DNA of 57,841 bases, taken from positions 62,001-119,841 of the forward strand of contig BLSG01000090.1 in assembly GCA_012862495.1 (NCBI GenBank), read 5' to 3'. Origin of the DNA: Thraustochytrium aureum (Eukaryota). This document shows positions 45,901 through 57,841 of this stretch, piece after piece. The translations under genes were made by a program, and so were the position numbers. The notes beneath the pieces were generated by a model. The model was not told where the DNA came from. It did not search any database and worked only from the letters and a program-made list of their open reading frames with translations. Position 1 is the first letter of the stretch. Each line of letters starts with the position of its first letter.

Positions 45901-47788
45901 TGAGGAGCTGAGCCCAGCTGCGCAGTCAAGGGCGTGCGCCCATTTCATCAGTGCGTATTCGCACTTTGCTGGCTCCCCGGGCTGGAGGCTCGGGCTCTGC
46001 TCGCGGCTGGACGCGGGCTCGCCCGCGTCGCACCCGAGAATCGCGGGGCCGAGCGAGAGGCGCGCGATTTGCTGGCGCGCGCCTCGCGGGCTGCCATCGA
46101 CGCTTCGGACGTGGAGACCGTGGGCGCTGCCGCCCTCGAGGCGCTCCAGCTGGACGCCACGCTCCAAAAACGGGTTTGTCCGCGAAGGCGGGTTTGAGGC
46201 GTTGAAGTCGCTGCTGACCTTTCAGAGCGCCCGCGCGAGCCTGTGGCTCTCAACAATCTTGGGCAAGGCCTGCGCGCTGGACAAACGGGGGAAGCTAGCG
46301 CTCTTCTTGCGCCTGCGAAACCAGTTGCAGGAAGGGCTTGCGGCCACTACGATGATCGCACCAGGCGCCACGAGCGAGAGCGGCGATGCTCCGCTCTGGC
46401 CCCTGGCCTCGTGCCAGGATTTCCTCAGCAAAACAGTCCAAGTGGGCCGCCTCGGCGTCTCGCAAGACCCTGGAAAGATCATGCGCGTTCTGCCCGGTGG
46501 AAGCGCGGTGCTCGTGCTCTGCCTAGCCCCCGACAAGAGCTGTATATTCTGCAGTCTCTTCCACAAGGAGGACAGGCGCGAAGCCCAGGTGCTCCGTCAC
46601 GTTCTCAGCGGAGCAGACCAGGACAGCCTCGCGCGGCTGTGCAGCGACTTTGCAGCATTCAGGAAGCGCGTCGCCTCGTATTTGCTCGGTTTCGAGAACG
46701 ACCCGAATTTCGACTTTGCGCTGGACGGCGACCAGGACAAGCTCGAAGAAAACCTCAAGACGTTGTGCAGCGAACTGCTCAGAATTGTACGGCCCGCAGT
46801 GGACACGCTCGTCAGTGCACGCCGAGAGGCAAGAGCCGTTGATGAGGGAGCGCAAGAGCTGCCAGCCGAGCTGGAAGGGCGCGACTTGATCGTCCTCGCC
46901 GACGAGACGCTAGCGCGCCTTCCGCTGGAGTCGGCACTGGGCAATCTTGGTGCCAGGTCCGTTTCGCGGGACCTTTCACTCCACCTGCTATTCCACAGGC
47001 TCGCAGCGGTCGATCCCGCAATCCGCCGTGTTGTCGAGGAGCCTGGAGATGACCATACGGGTTCAGCAGACGTTGCACCTGTGCTCGGAGCGCGGCCCGG
47101 CAGCGTGGTCGCTGTCGTGGACCCTCGAGCGGAGGAGCGTCGGTTGTCTGAGGCGTTTGCGGAATGGAAGGAACCAAGTTGGAAGTGCCATGTTGGCGCG
47201 TCAGACGGAGTTCCGAGCAAAGGGCAGTGGCAGCGCACATTTGTTGGCCGTGAAGAGGCGCCGCACCAGGTGCTCTATTTCGGGCTTGGCCCGCTCTTGT
47301 CCCACGTCGCAGGGCCAACGCTGGCCGGCTTGAACATGAGCAAGTGCTGGACTGCGGTGCTCATTGACAGGTGCTACAACGACGCGTCGTATCGCAGCAA
47401 GAGCAAGGCGGACAGCACCGTGACCTCCGCGGCGCTAGAGCTTCAAAACCCACTCGAAACGGCTGCGATTCTGAGCCTGTGCGGCGTCAACGCGATTGTG
47501 TACAACCAGTGGTCAAACTCTGTGCGCGCCAACGCATCGCTGGCTGAGGCGCTCGGGGGCGCGTTGGCCGCGAAGCCAGGCGCGGAAGGGTTTGCTCGGA
47601 CCCTGAGGTCGTTTGCGCAAGCCCCGCGCACCGTCCAAGTGAAGGTGGCGAGCGACTTGTCTTCGGCGCGCTCGTCTGCCAGGTCATCGGCACGGTCAAA
47701 ATCGAGCGCTGCAGCGACCGAGCCCGTGGAGACGACCTTCAAGTCTCGCGTCAGGCTCAATGCTGTGGTGCTTGGTGTGCCGCTCTGA
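39979..47788 (+). CDS. CFAP46: Cilia- and flagella-associated protein 46 (TTC40; central-pair projection); N-gap and several frameshifts (about 44155 and 45990-46170)
   Basis: QFYCRALFCRA, YDFLVYNASVQFWQAARPLL, DKDLEWRARL, AWNIGLPLLQPQLRKHV, LEAIDSP..RLRAHLHCEVAKCE, WIVENAATYVWNY, LPLE..SVSRDLSLHLL, GVNAIVYNQW. Confidence 0.9.
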
Positions 47789-48099
47789 TGGGCCGAGCCC
47801 TTCCACACTTGAGGATCCAAAAGAAAAATGAAAGCAGTTTGATCTGCGCCGGCGAAGCGAGTGGCAACGCTTTGCAAGACAAGAATGGATACATTTGGCC
47901 TCTACGNNNNNNNNNNNNNNNNNNNNNNNNNNNNNNNNNNNNNNNNNNNNNNNNNNNNNNNNNNNNNNNNNNNNNNNNNNNNNNNNNNNNNNNNNNNNNN
48001 NNNNNNNNNNNNNNNNNNNNNNNNNNNNNNNNNNNNNNNNNNNNNNNNNNNNNNNNNNNNNNNNNNNNNNNNNNTGCGTCCTTGCTGTCCAAAGTCCTC

Positions 48100-49255
48100 T
48101 CAATCCTCGTCCCCATCTTTCTTCTCCCCGGAAACGATATCGGCGTCCCACCAGGGCGGAAGGCGCGGGACTCGGCCGGGCATTCCATTGAGCGCGAGAG
48201 CGCCGTCTTGGAGCCAGGTTTTGTCATAGCCTGGCGTGAGGCGAAGGTGCGCGAGGCCGAGCGAAGAATGCGGCGCCAGCGCGATGAGCTTCCCGGGGCT
48301 CTTTGGTTCGGCGCCTGAGGGCCCTGCCTCTAAGACGGCAGGCAACTCTATGGCGGGATCGGCCTCTAGTGGGCCGAGGCCGACGTCCTGGCCCAAAACC
48401 GATGCGATCAAGGCAGCCTCGGTCGGATTCGTCGCGACCGTAGGCCCGCCGCTCGCGAAAACCACCGGGACAAGCCTCTTGCGGACGAGGCCTTGGAAAT
48501 GGGTGCGCGCCGTGAGCTCTTGCCCGGTGTAGCAGCCCTTGTTGAAGCTAACGCCGTTCAGCATCTCCAGGTTGAACTCGAGTGGAATCGCGCCGTGCGC
48601 CTCCAGCCCCTCTGGGATGCCGTGAGCCATCCGCCACTTTTCGTAGGTGTCGAGCTCAACGTTCACCAAGCCCGTGCCCTTGGAGCTTGGCAGCAAACTC
48701 CTTACCGCCCTTTGCACTGCAAAAAAGGCGGTAGCCGAGCCCCTCGTATCGCGGGTCGCGGATCACTGTGCCGATTGGGTTGTGGGCGAGCTCTGCCTCG
48801 TGGGCGGCGAGAGTGGCGGGGTCTGGGCCCATGACAGCCCATACCGCATACGTCTCGCTCGCGTCCAGAATGCTGACGTCCTTGCGAAGCTTGGTCATCT
48901 TGAGGTACTTGAGGAGGCGCGGGGCGAGGTCGGCGTGGACGTCCAGGAAATACGTGTCGCCAGCAACGCGGTGCATGATGGTCTCGGCGACCATGCGGCC
49001 CTTGGCGTTCAAAAACGCGGCGTACATCCCGCCCTTCTCCGCCTCAAGCTCGGGCACGTTATTCGTGATCAGCCCTTGCAGCAAGCTCCCCGCGTCCGGC
49101 CCGCTCAGCTCAATCACTGCCCTATTGTCCAGCCTGCAGAACGAGGCAGCCTTGGCGGCATCGGCCATCGAGCTCAGCGCCCTCGGCCTGCGCAGAGCGC
49201 CCAGCGTCTTTCCCCGCGCGTTGCGCGCAGTTGCCGCGGCCAGCATCATCATCAT
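48100..49255 (-). CDS. IBA57: Mitochondrial Fe-S assembly factor IBA57 (CAF17/YgfZ family); frameshift near 48678
   Basis: Arg/Ala-rich presequence; RAVIELSGPDAGSLLQGLITN, AFLNAKGR, DPR..GLGYR, GIPEG, PLEFNLE.LNGVSFNKGCYTGQELTARTH. Confidence 0.93.
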
Positions 49256-50355
49256 CACCGCCACCTCTTCAAATCCAGCGGCGTCCACAGGATCCCGATC
49301 CGAGCGAGAAAGACAGGTCCACCAAAGTCTGCGCAACCTCGACGGCCTCGAGTAGGCCAGCAGCAGCAGCAGCACAAGCAGCAGCACAAGCAGCAGCAGC
49401 ACCAACGTGCCAGATNNNNNNNNNNNNNNNNNNNNNNNNNNNNNNNNNNNNNNNNNNNNNNNNNNNNNNNNNNNNNNNNNNNNNNNNNNNNNNNNNNNNN
49501 NNNNNNNNNNNNNNNNNNNNNNNNNNNNNNNNNNNNNNNNNNNNNNNNNNNNNNNNNNNNNNNNNNNNNNNNNNNNNNNNNNNNNNNNNNNNNNNNNNNN
49601 NNNNNNNNNNNNNNNNNNNNNNNNNNNNNNNNNNNNNNNNNNNNNNNNNNNNNNNNNNNNNNNNNNNNNNNNNNNNNNNNNNNNNNNNNNNNNNNNNNNN
49701 NNNNNNNNNNNNNNNNNNNNNNNNNNNNNNNNNNNNNNNNNNNNNNNNNNNNNNNNNNNNNNNNNNNNNNNNNNNNNNNNNNNNNNNNNNNNNNNNNNNN
49801 NNNNNNNNNNNNNNNNNNNNNNNNNNNNNNNNNNNNNNNNNNNNNNNNNNNNNNNNNNNNNNNNNNNNNNNNNNNNNNNNNNNNNNNNNNNNNNNNNNNN
49901 NNNNNNNNNNNNNNNNNNNNNNNNNNNNNNNNNNNNNNNNNNNNNNNNNNNNNNNNNNNNNNNNNNNNNNNNNNNNNNNNNNNNNNNNNNNNNNNNNNNN
50001 NNNNNNNNNNNNNNNNNNNNNNNNNNNNNNNNNNNNNNNNNNNNNNNNNNNNNNNNNNNNNNNNNNNNNNNNNNNNNNNNNNNNNNNNNNNNNNNNNNNN
50101 NNNNNNNNNNNNNNNNNNNNNNNNNNNNNNNNNNNNNNNNNNNNNNNNNNNNNNNNNNNNNNNNNNNNNNNNNNNNNNNNNNNNNNNNNNNNNNNNNNNN
50201 NNNNNNNNNNNNNNNNNNNNNNNNNNNNNNNNNNNNNNNNNNNNNNNNNNNNNNNNNNNNNNNNNNNNNNNNNNNNNNNNNNNNNNNNNNNNNNNNNNNN
50301 NNNNNNNNNNNNNNNNNNNNNNNNNNNNNNNNNNNNNNNNNNNNNNNNNNNNNNN

Positions 50356-51290
50356 CGGATACGGATTCAAGCGTGGCGAACGCGCTGCGACGGATCATGA
50401 TCGGGGAAACGCCGACCATGGCAATCGACCTGGTCACCATCGAGGAAAACACCTCCGTGCTTCACGACGAGTTTGTGGCGCACAGACTCGGGATGATCCC
50501 GATCCGCGTCAACGTTTCCAAGGGCGTTGACGGGTTTATGTACAAGCAAGACTGCTTTTGCGAGAGCCACTGCCCGAACTGCTCGGTGGAGTTTGAGCTG
50601 AACGTGACGCACGACACGGACGAGCCTGTCCGCATCGTGGCGAGCAGCGACCTGAAGAGCAAGAACGAGTCGGTGGAGGCTCTGACTTTTTCGTCCCAAG
50701 AGGAGGAGTACTTTAGCTCGGAGACGAACCCGAACGTCCCGCTAGGGATTACAATCGTCAAGCTCGCGCCAGGGCAGAGTATCAAGTGCCGCTGCATCGC
50801 GCTCAAGGGCATTTCAAAGATCCATGCCAAGTGGTGCCCGGTTAGCGTGGCCACCTTTGCATACAGCCCCCGCATCGAGCTGAACGAGGCGGCGATCGAC
50901 GAGCTCTCGGACAAGCAAAAGAAGGACTTTGTGCAGTCCTGCCCTACCAAGGTGTTCAAACTGGACGACCGGTCCGGCAAGATCTCGGTCGAGAACGAAA
51001 AGGCCTGCATGTTTTGCGACGAATGCGTCAAGCTCTCCTCCGACTGGCGCAAGAGCGTCGAGGATGACCCCGTCGTTGTTATCGACACCGAGCCGAACCG
51101 CTTCATCTTCTCCGTCGAGTCGACCGGGGCGCTCAAGCCGGACGAGGTCGTCTTTTCAGCGCTCAGGGTGCTCCAGGGCAAGCTGCAACTGCTCAACCGC
51201 AAGATCAACGAGATCCAGAACAATGGTGGGCAGGAGGTGGAGCTGCGCCCAGGGCAGGCAGGCTTCCACGACACCGGTGGTTTCCTTTAA
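50356..51290 (+). CDS. RPB3: DNA-directed RNA polymerase II subunit RPB3; 5' end in a gap
   Basis: TDSSVANALRRIMIGETPTMAIDLV, NTSVLHDEFVAHRLGMIP, zinc site CFCESHCPNCSVEF, IVKL..GQ, KGISKIHAKWCP, FIFSVESTGAL. Confidence 0.96.
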
Positions 51291-52243
51291 ATCCACATCC
51301 AATCCACCGGTTTGCTGACATCGGTTGGCCGGTTGGTACTTTTCAATTGATCAAGGACGACTCGGTGAAGGGCAAATGAACGAAAGTGTCTCTCGCTGCC
51401 AGCCAGCCAGACAGACAGACAGACAGACAGATAGGCGGGCAGCTGGACGAATTGTAACCCAAGCGCGGTCTTGCACGGCGAAAGCTCGCGAGTTGAGCCG
51501 CATTGGCGCGCACGATGACCGCCAGCCAGTTCAGGTCTTCTGGTACGTATGAGCGCCAAACAACTAAGCTGGCGGGGACTGCGTTTTATTTTTGCCGCCA
51601 GCCTCGCCGCGTTGCTCGTTCGGGCGAATACTCTGCGCTCGCTGCAGCGGGGCTGCGAGACGGTGCCAAGGTTTCAAATACAGACTAGTCCCGGCCCGTT
51701 TATGGTTGTCCCGGCAACACCTAAAACGTGCCTCCTTGCGAGAAGCCGATGGCAACGCTGCTGGTCGGCCAACGACGAGCAAGCGCGGCCGAAAGCGCAG
51801 CGGTGACAACCCCGTCGGTGCATAAGCGGCAGCGTGTGGCCGTAGCAGCATTAAACATGAATAAGTTCTCATTGCTAGGAGCCAGAGAGCGCAAGGGCTC
51901 GACGCTGAGTCGATCGCCACGACGGAGCGCCGCACGTTGCAACGCATGCCGCTCCTCTTCACACTGCAAGAGCCCGATCTCAACTTTGGGCTAAGGGAAC
52001 GAACCGCAATTACGTCTCTCTCTGGAGAGCTCGTTTGGCAAGCAGGTTGGGGCAGCGCAAGGAGTTCCCGAGCGGTGGCGTGAACGGCCCTGCAGGGGGG
52101 GGGGGCGGGCGCACGTGTATTGTTGTTGTTGCCAATAAATGTCTTGCTGTTGCTTGGTCGACTCGAGCCTGTTTGGCGTCCCGGCATCCACGAGGCAGCC
52201 AGCTCCCTAGTAGAGCAGACCGCCGCCCGCGGCCCAAGCGCGG

Positions 52244-53837
52244 TCAATCCGAGTCGCTTTTGCTCGCATCGCTAGCGCTACCGCTGCGCGCGGCCGTCTT
52301 CTTGCTCTTCTTCTTGGCCTCCTTCTTGGCCTCCTTCTTCGCCTTCTTCGCAGCGCGGCGCTCCTCGGCGCGGCGGATCTCCTCGTCCAAGCTAAACTTG
52401 TCCTTACGGTCGAGGTGCTCCGCGATTGCACAGAGCTCAGGGCGCTGCTCGCGCAAGCGCTTGAGCCACGAGCGCGCCATCTTGCGCCGGCCCGTTCGCG
52501 TGTAGCGCCAGACACACTCAAAGTTGCCAGAGCTGCAAAAGTTTTGTGTAACCGCAATTGTGGCGTCAAGGTTGAGAACGCCGTGGTGCCAGTCGCTCGG
52601 CACAAACACCGTCTCGCCCGGCTTCTGAATAAACTGTATCATCCGCGAACGCAGCTCCTCGCCGCCCCTTTCGAGGATTCGCGGCAGCAGGTTGACGTTC
52701 CAGTCGACTGGCTCATCGTCCTCCTCCTTCCAGTTTACGTGCTCTTTGCCCTTGACGAGAGCCTTCGGAATGTCTGGTGGAAATAGAGTCCAGAGCTTGT
52801 GGCCGCGGATGAGCGTGTTCCACGCCGAGGTCCCGAGCGGGTCGGTGTGGACGTTGGACCCCGACCGCGTCGGGCCAAAGAGGACCCAGCGGTACGGGGG
52901 GCGCTTTTTCTCGCCGACCATGTGGAACAGGTCCTCATTAAAAAGGTGCGGCACGCTGTACTCGCGCNNNNNNNNNNNNNNNNNNNNNNNNNNNNNNNNN
53001 NNNNNNNNNNNNNNNNNNNNNNNNNNNNNNNNNNNNNNNNNNNNNNNNNNNNNNNNNNNNNNNNNNNNNNNNNNNNNNNNNNNNNNNNNNNNNNNNNNNN
53101 NNNNNNNNNNNNNNNNNNNNNNNNNNNACGCTGTACTCGCGCAGGAGCTGGCGGCCCACCTCGTCGTCGTCAAAGTGCGAGTCGAAAATGTAGAGCGGGC
53201 TGTCGTCGAGCAGGGCGCCGTCTTCCTCGTCACTGTTCATGTAGCGCAGAAAGTGTTTGAGCTTCACCTTGATCGGGTACCCCTCGTCGTCTTCGCCGCA
53301 CTTGAACATGCGCTCTCCGAAGTCTTGCCGAAGCCGCGGCAGGTTCCACTCGGTGCGCGCCGGCCAGCTGTCCGCAAGGCCGTCGATGACGCAGGGGACG
53401 AGAGGTCGTTCGAAGCGCTCCTGGAACTCGCTCATGGAGATGCACCCGCCATGGATGCGGGTGATGTTGTTGAGGCAGTTGTCCACCAGCCGTTGCTTGG
53501 TCTTGTCCCACCGCAAATAGTGCTCGTACTTGTCCCAGGCCTTGCTGGAGATGTCGGTGCGGTGCCGCCGCTTGGCGGAGCGCATAATCCTCTGCGTGCG
53601 GCCCCCAAACGTCTTGCAGGCCAGCTGCTCCTCCGCAAAATACTCGCGCCACAGTTTCTCGCTGTGTGCGAACGCGTCCGCTTCGGACTTGAACTCGCGC
53701 GCTGGCGCGCCAGCGTGCGGCGACCCGCCGTCCTCCGCGTTTTGCGGCGACAGCTTCATCACCGTATCATCATCATCGCGGCTGCCAGAGTCCCCGCCTT
53801 CGCTGCGCGGCGCGGGCGCCAGCGGGTCAAACTCCAT
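52244..53837 (-). CDS. JMJD6: JmjC-domain arginine demethylase / lysyl hydroxylase JMJD6 (PSR); the internal N-gap is probably spurious
   Basis: FKCGEDDEGYPIKVKLK, DDSPLYIFDSHF, YSVPHLFNEDLF, RPPYRWVLFGPTRSGSNVHTDPLGTSAWN, QKPGETVFVPSDWHHGVLN, IAVTQNF, VWRYTRTGR. Confidence 0.95.
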
Positions 53838-55232
53838 TGTCCTCGGCACCACCGCACCTGCTCGACGCGGAGGGGGCCACGCACGTGCGGCCCCAGGAAC
53901 AAAGGCACCAACCAAGGCCCCCGCAGCGCGCAGCAGCCGCCCAGCCGCCCAGCGCGCGCCGGCCCAGCGCCGCCCTCTGCGAGCACCCTCCCGACCGCTC
54001 GCCTGCTTGCCAGCGCGCGCAGTTCGCGCTCTCTTTCGACGCGCGTCTGCCGCTCCTTGTTGTTGGCTGTCGCCGTCGGGGCAACTTGGGCGCACATTTT
54101 AACCCGCGCGCTCCGTGCCGCCACCTTGTAGAAACAGGTTCCGCCTCGCGCGGTTTGCGGCGTCGGCCTATTTGTCGGCCTTATTTTCTGCGGCGTTTGA
54201 CCCTCTGTATACGGGAATAACGTGGTGGAAGAGAAATTAGAGGGGCAGATGTGCGTTACTGCGCGTGGCAGCCTCTCGCCTCGCCCGCGCCGGGCGAGGG
54301 CGACGGCGCAGCGTGCGGCAGCGCAGAGATTCGGGCTGGACGCGGTCGGTGTCGGGGCGGGAGACGCGGGTTTTGTTCTTGGGTTTCCGGTTTGGCGTTC
54401 GGGTTTGGGAATGGCACACGGCAGGCGGTCAATTTGACTGCTGTGGCGCGAAAAATTGTGTTTCTTCTTTTGCATTGGTCGACCTGCTTCGGTGCGCGCG
54501 CGGTGCGGCTGATTGACTTTTGGACGCCTGACGGCCGCCATTTGTATGACCTGCGCCAAGCTCTCGCTGACGGCACCCGTCGACACGTGACGCTTCGCTG
54601 AGCACCGTGTTGGCCGAGCTGTGTGCTTTACCGCGTTGACGTGCTTGCGGTCGCCCGCTTTCACGAAAGCGGCGCTCGAGCGGCGCCTGCTGGAAAGTAA
54701 CGGCGGCGAGACGCCCAGCGCCTTGCGTCGATCAAGTTTCAACTTGTCTTCTTCTCGTGACCTCACCTTGGTGAGTACAACGGCAGACGCCTTGCAGATG
54801 CCGCATAAACCGCACCTCTGAAGGCAAGGGAAAGTGCGGAACGAGAATGCCACCTGCAGCGCAAGGGGCGGCGGTTTCAGTAGCGGGGTCTGCGACGGGG
54901 CGCCAGGTGCCGAAACGGCTCAGTGCGATTCGTTCGTGACGGTCCCATTCTTGCAGGTCATGCTGGGGGACCCTGGAGAGGGTCCGGCTGACAAGTCCCA
55001 ACAAGGCTCCCGAGGTCGGTCGGTCGGCCAAGTTGCTCGACAAGTCGTCCCAGGCCGGACGAGGCGCTGGGAGGGAGATCCTGGCCCGTCCAAGCGGAAT
55101 TTTCCCTCTTTGACGGCGCGCAGCCGCCGTCGTCAAACACCCAACGCCGCCCTTCACTGACTGCACCAGAGCGAGCGAGTTCGTGCGCAGCAAGATCGCT
55201 CGGGCGGCGTTTCCAGCCCGAACCTCCCGCAA

Positions 55233-56129
55233 ATGACACGGACGGTCGAGCAACCCGGACCTGCACGCCGGCCACGGACCGCGATGGAACACGGCCAAGA
55301 GCACGAGCAAGCTGTCGCAGAACCGTCCAGCCGAAGGCAACGCGTGGGTGCGGACGGCAGTTTCCGCTTGGCGCAAGCGGCGGAAGACAACGCGCAAGAC
55401 GAGTCGAGCTGCAAGCCCAAGTTTGCTCCAGGCATTGCGCGGCACTTGGCGATGCTGGAGCACTCGTGCTGTTGCTTTGCGCTCACCTGCGCCGAAGATG
55501 GGTGCAGCAAAATGAAAGCGCTAATCTCGCACTCCCTCGAGTGCGAGGACGAGGACAGCTGCGTGCTCTGCCGCCGTCTCCAGGGCCTGTTGACACTGCA
55601 CGTCAACAGCTGCGCGCTTCCTGTCGGAACGTGCTTGGTGCCGGGTTGCTTGCAGTTCAAGCTCTTGCTTGCGTCGCGGGCGGCGCGGCCGCCGACGATG
55701 AGTGCGCTTGCGCTCCTCGGCCATGCCGCAGCGCACCTGTGCGACGGGTCTCCGCTGATCGAGGCCACGGTGCGCGATTTGCCCGTTCGCAAGGTGGAGC
55801 CGCCAAGGCTCTTGTCGCTCGCCAGGCCGGCCTCGGAGTGCGTCTCGCAGCGCCTCGTGCTCCTGCAGCACGCTCAGGTTTGCACAGCTGTCGCGTGCGC
55901 AGAAACAAAGTACTGCGCCGAGGTCAAGCATGCTCTCGAACATGTTGCGCGCTGTAGCGACTCGAGCTGCGAGACGTGGCTGTGCAAGAGCTCCAAGGCT
56001 GCCATTCTCCACGCCGCGAACTGCGACGTCTCTGCTTGCGCGGTCTGTGGGCCGCTGCGTGGGTCCGACGTCGACGCCGCGCACAAGTTGCAGTGCAGTA
56101 CCTGCCGCGAAGGTGCGCCAGCGAGTTAG
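55233..56129 (+). CDS. Tandem TAZ zinc-finger protein (two CBP/p300-type TAZ domains, no HAT or bromodomain)
   Basis: LEHSCCC...C...GCSKMK.LISH..EC....C.LCRRL..LL.LHVNSC....C.VPGC and RLVLLQHAQVC...C....YC.EVK..LEHV.RC....C....C.SSK..ILH..NC....C.VCGPLR. Confidence 0.85.
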   Translation: MTRTVEQPGPARRPRTAMEHGQEHEQAVAEPSSRRQRVGADGSFRLAQAAEDNAQDESSCKPKFAPGIARHLAMLEHSCCCFALTCAEDGCSKMKALISHSLECEDEDSCVLCRRLQGLLTLHVNSCALPVGTCLVPGCLQFKLLLASRAARPPTMSALALLGHAAAHLCDGSPLIEATVRDLPVRKVEPPRLLSLARPASECVSQRLVLLQHAQVCTAVACAETKYCAEVKHALEHVARCSDSSCETWLCKSSKAAILHAANCDVSACAVCGPLRGSDVDAAHKLQCSTCREGAPAS

Positions 56130-56564
56130 AACTAAAGGTCGGCCGCTGTCGCTGCGCTTGTGGCACGTGGGCGAGCTGGACCTTTGGCAAGGCGACCCGC
56201 CGCGCGTGCGCAAACGGACGCGCCTGCCATCGTGCAGTACCTCACGTTCTTGCCTGCTCTGTGACAGGGACACAAAGCGCTTTTGTGGCGCAGCCAGGTC
56301 TACCAAGGAGGATCCTCGTTGGTTCTACAGGGGTTGGAAGCCCGTTCGCTGCTCGCCTGCCTGCTCGCGGCGCATGTCAATGACACCAGCACAGCCTGTG
56401 TTTTTTGTGATTTGTCTCTGTGCGTTCTTTTCAAGCGCTCCTGCGCGAGGTGCGTTCGAACGGCGACGCTCGCTGGTCAGACCCAACCCTCCCTGTCAGA
56501 GCCAAGATTTCGCTGCCAAGAGCGCGGCGCGAGCAGTCTGCGACTGGCTGCAGCCACAAGGGTT

Positions 56565-56632
56565 GCAGGCAGGCAGGCAGGCAGGCAGGCAGGAAACAAA
56601 CCCGACGACGCTCGCTCGCTCGCTCGCTCGCT
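56565..56632. repeat. (GCAG)n and (CGCT)n tetranucleotide microsatellites
   Basis: Directly visible. Confidence 0.85.
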
Positions 56633-57841
56633 GGCGAGCACAAAAACCAGTTCAGGGAAACATAGGAGCCAAGCAGCCAGCCCGCAGAGGGAAACGCACA
56701 CGAGTTGTTGGTTGTACCGTCATCAACGGTGGTCTGCCGGGGCCGGCCTTTGCACCGCACAATCGAAACAGCGGGCGCTCGGCTTGTGCATTCCCCACAA
56801 GCTGCAGCACCGAGAACGAGCTCGCACACCTGCTCTCCGCTTCGCAGGCTTGGCGAAAGGAGGCACAAGGAAGGCAGAGCTCCTTGGAGCAGACCACCAG
56901 CGCGCGAGCGGCGCGGGCAGCGTTTTGGAATAGCCGCTGCAGCGACTTCCCACCACCGTCGCAACCAGCTCAAGAGGCCCGAGCTTACTCTAATCTACGA
57001 GAGCAACAAGAGCAATGAAAGACGTGAAAGAAGTAAAAAGAGTACGCGCCGCCTCCGGTGTGCGAACAGCGGCTCCGGCTGGTCACGAAGACCGCGAACG
57101 AACGCGAGGCGGGTCCGGCGAATGACTGGCAGCTGCGCGCTCGCGCGGCCGTTCGCTCGGCAAGCGCGCAGGGCAGTGGAAGAAAGGCTGCCGCTCGCTC
57201 CACCGAGCGAGCAACGACGTCGTCTCCTCAGCCCTCCCACGACCTGCAGTGGCTCGGTCTCGACGGAATACAGATTCGAAAGCTCGCTCCAGTGTCTTGA
57301 CAATAAAGTGGCGAGCCCCTCCTAAAGCAGTAGTTTTGTGCCGTCTCAGCCGGCTCGTCGGCATAAAGTTAGCCGTTTTCGCGGCAGAGCAGAGGCGCAC
57401 CGGTTTTGTGCCCGAGCTTGGTTGCAGGAACGCCCTGCGAACGTCCGCTGCAGGCTGCTGTTGCCGCTCTCGCTGGCCGGCGCTCCCGTCTGGGACCGAA
57501 TCGCGCGGGATTCCTTCTCGGAGCGGGAGGCGAGCAGGCAAACGAGACAGCGATTGCCAGCAAGTGTCACCAAGCCAACCCTGCTGGCGTCCGAGCGAGC
57601 AGGATTCGACACAATCTGCATCATGATGATGCAAATTTGTGTTCGTCGAACGCCACGACGGAGATTCCGCATGAGCTGATCTGATCTCGCCGCCAAGAAG
57701 AAGCGAATTCGCTGACCTTCACGTTGCACCAACAACCAGAGCACCGTGTTCTTGCCGCTCCCAGCGGCGACCACCCGATTGGCGCGCCGGCACGCTCGCA
57801 CGCGAGCCCTCGCCAGAGCCTGAGCGTCGCTTGCGGCTTGG

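Noticed and set aside
653..49255. Calling the frameshifted genes pseudogenes
   Set aside because: Motifs are intact on both sides of each shift, no nonsense codons were seen, several genes are essential, and shifts sit mostly at homopolymers
54700..54853. CxxCxxC-like stretch (RCGLCGICK) with possible splice sites on the minus strand
   Set aside because: Could not assemble a coherent gene model; may be chance in a divergent promoter region
57346..57801. 151-aa minus-strand ORF at the window end
   Set aside because: No supported start or homology; it may be the end of a gene outside the window but cannot be supported
1..57841. tRNA, rRNA or transposase/RT genes
   Set aside because: None recognised by eye; a covariance-model search was not possible

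Overview
This is eukaryotic nuclear DNA from a draft scaffold with many N-gaps. It is GC-rich, gene-dense and intron-poor, with a few short GT-AG introns. Flagellar genes, a tandem-TAZ protein and the overall style suggest a flagellated protist, plausibly a stramenopile such as a thraustochytrid/labyrinthulomycete (inference only). About 24 protein genes are recognisable: VPS35L, DPCD, a Myb-like protein with a Cys-rich tail, SmD2, an L-type-lectin type I membrane protein, a GAF-PDE, a RING-CH ligase, importin-alpha, an alpha/beta hydrolase, UROD, NAA40, CCS, an ELO elongase, a peroxisomal acyl-CoA dehydrogenase, a GT-like protein, PIGZ, an IQ/Sfi1-like protein, CFAP46, IBA57, RPB3, JMJD6 and a TAZ-TAZ protein. 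Many carry single-base frameshifts at short homopolymers, most likely sequencing errors. The standout is a minus-strand gene at about 31618-32201. Its ~167-aa product aligns by eye, end to end, with Hcp, the bacterial type VI secretion/phage-tail tube protein. It appears to carry a signal peptide and a cysteine pair and sits among ordinary eukaryotic genes, making it a candidate domesticated eukaryotic tail-tube protein. All family calls rest on recalled motifs; no searches were run.
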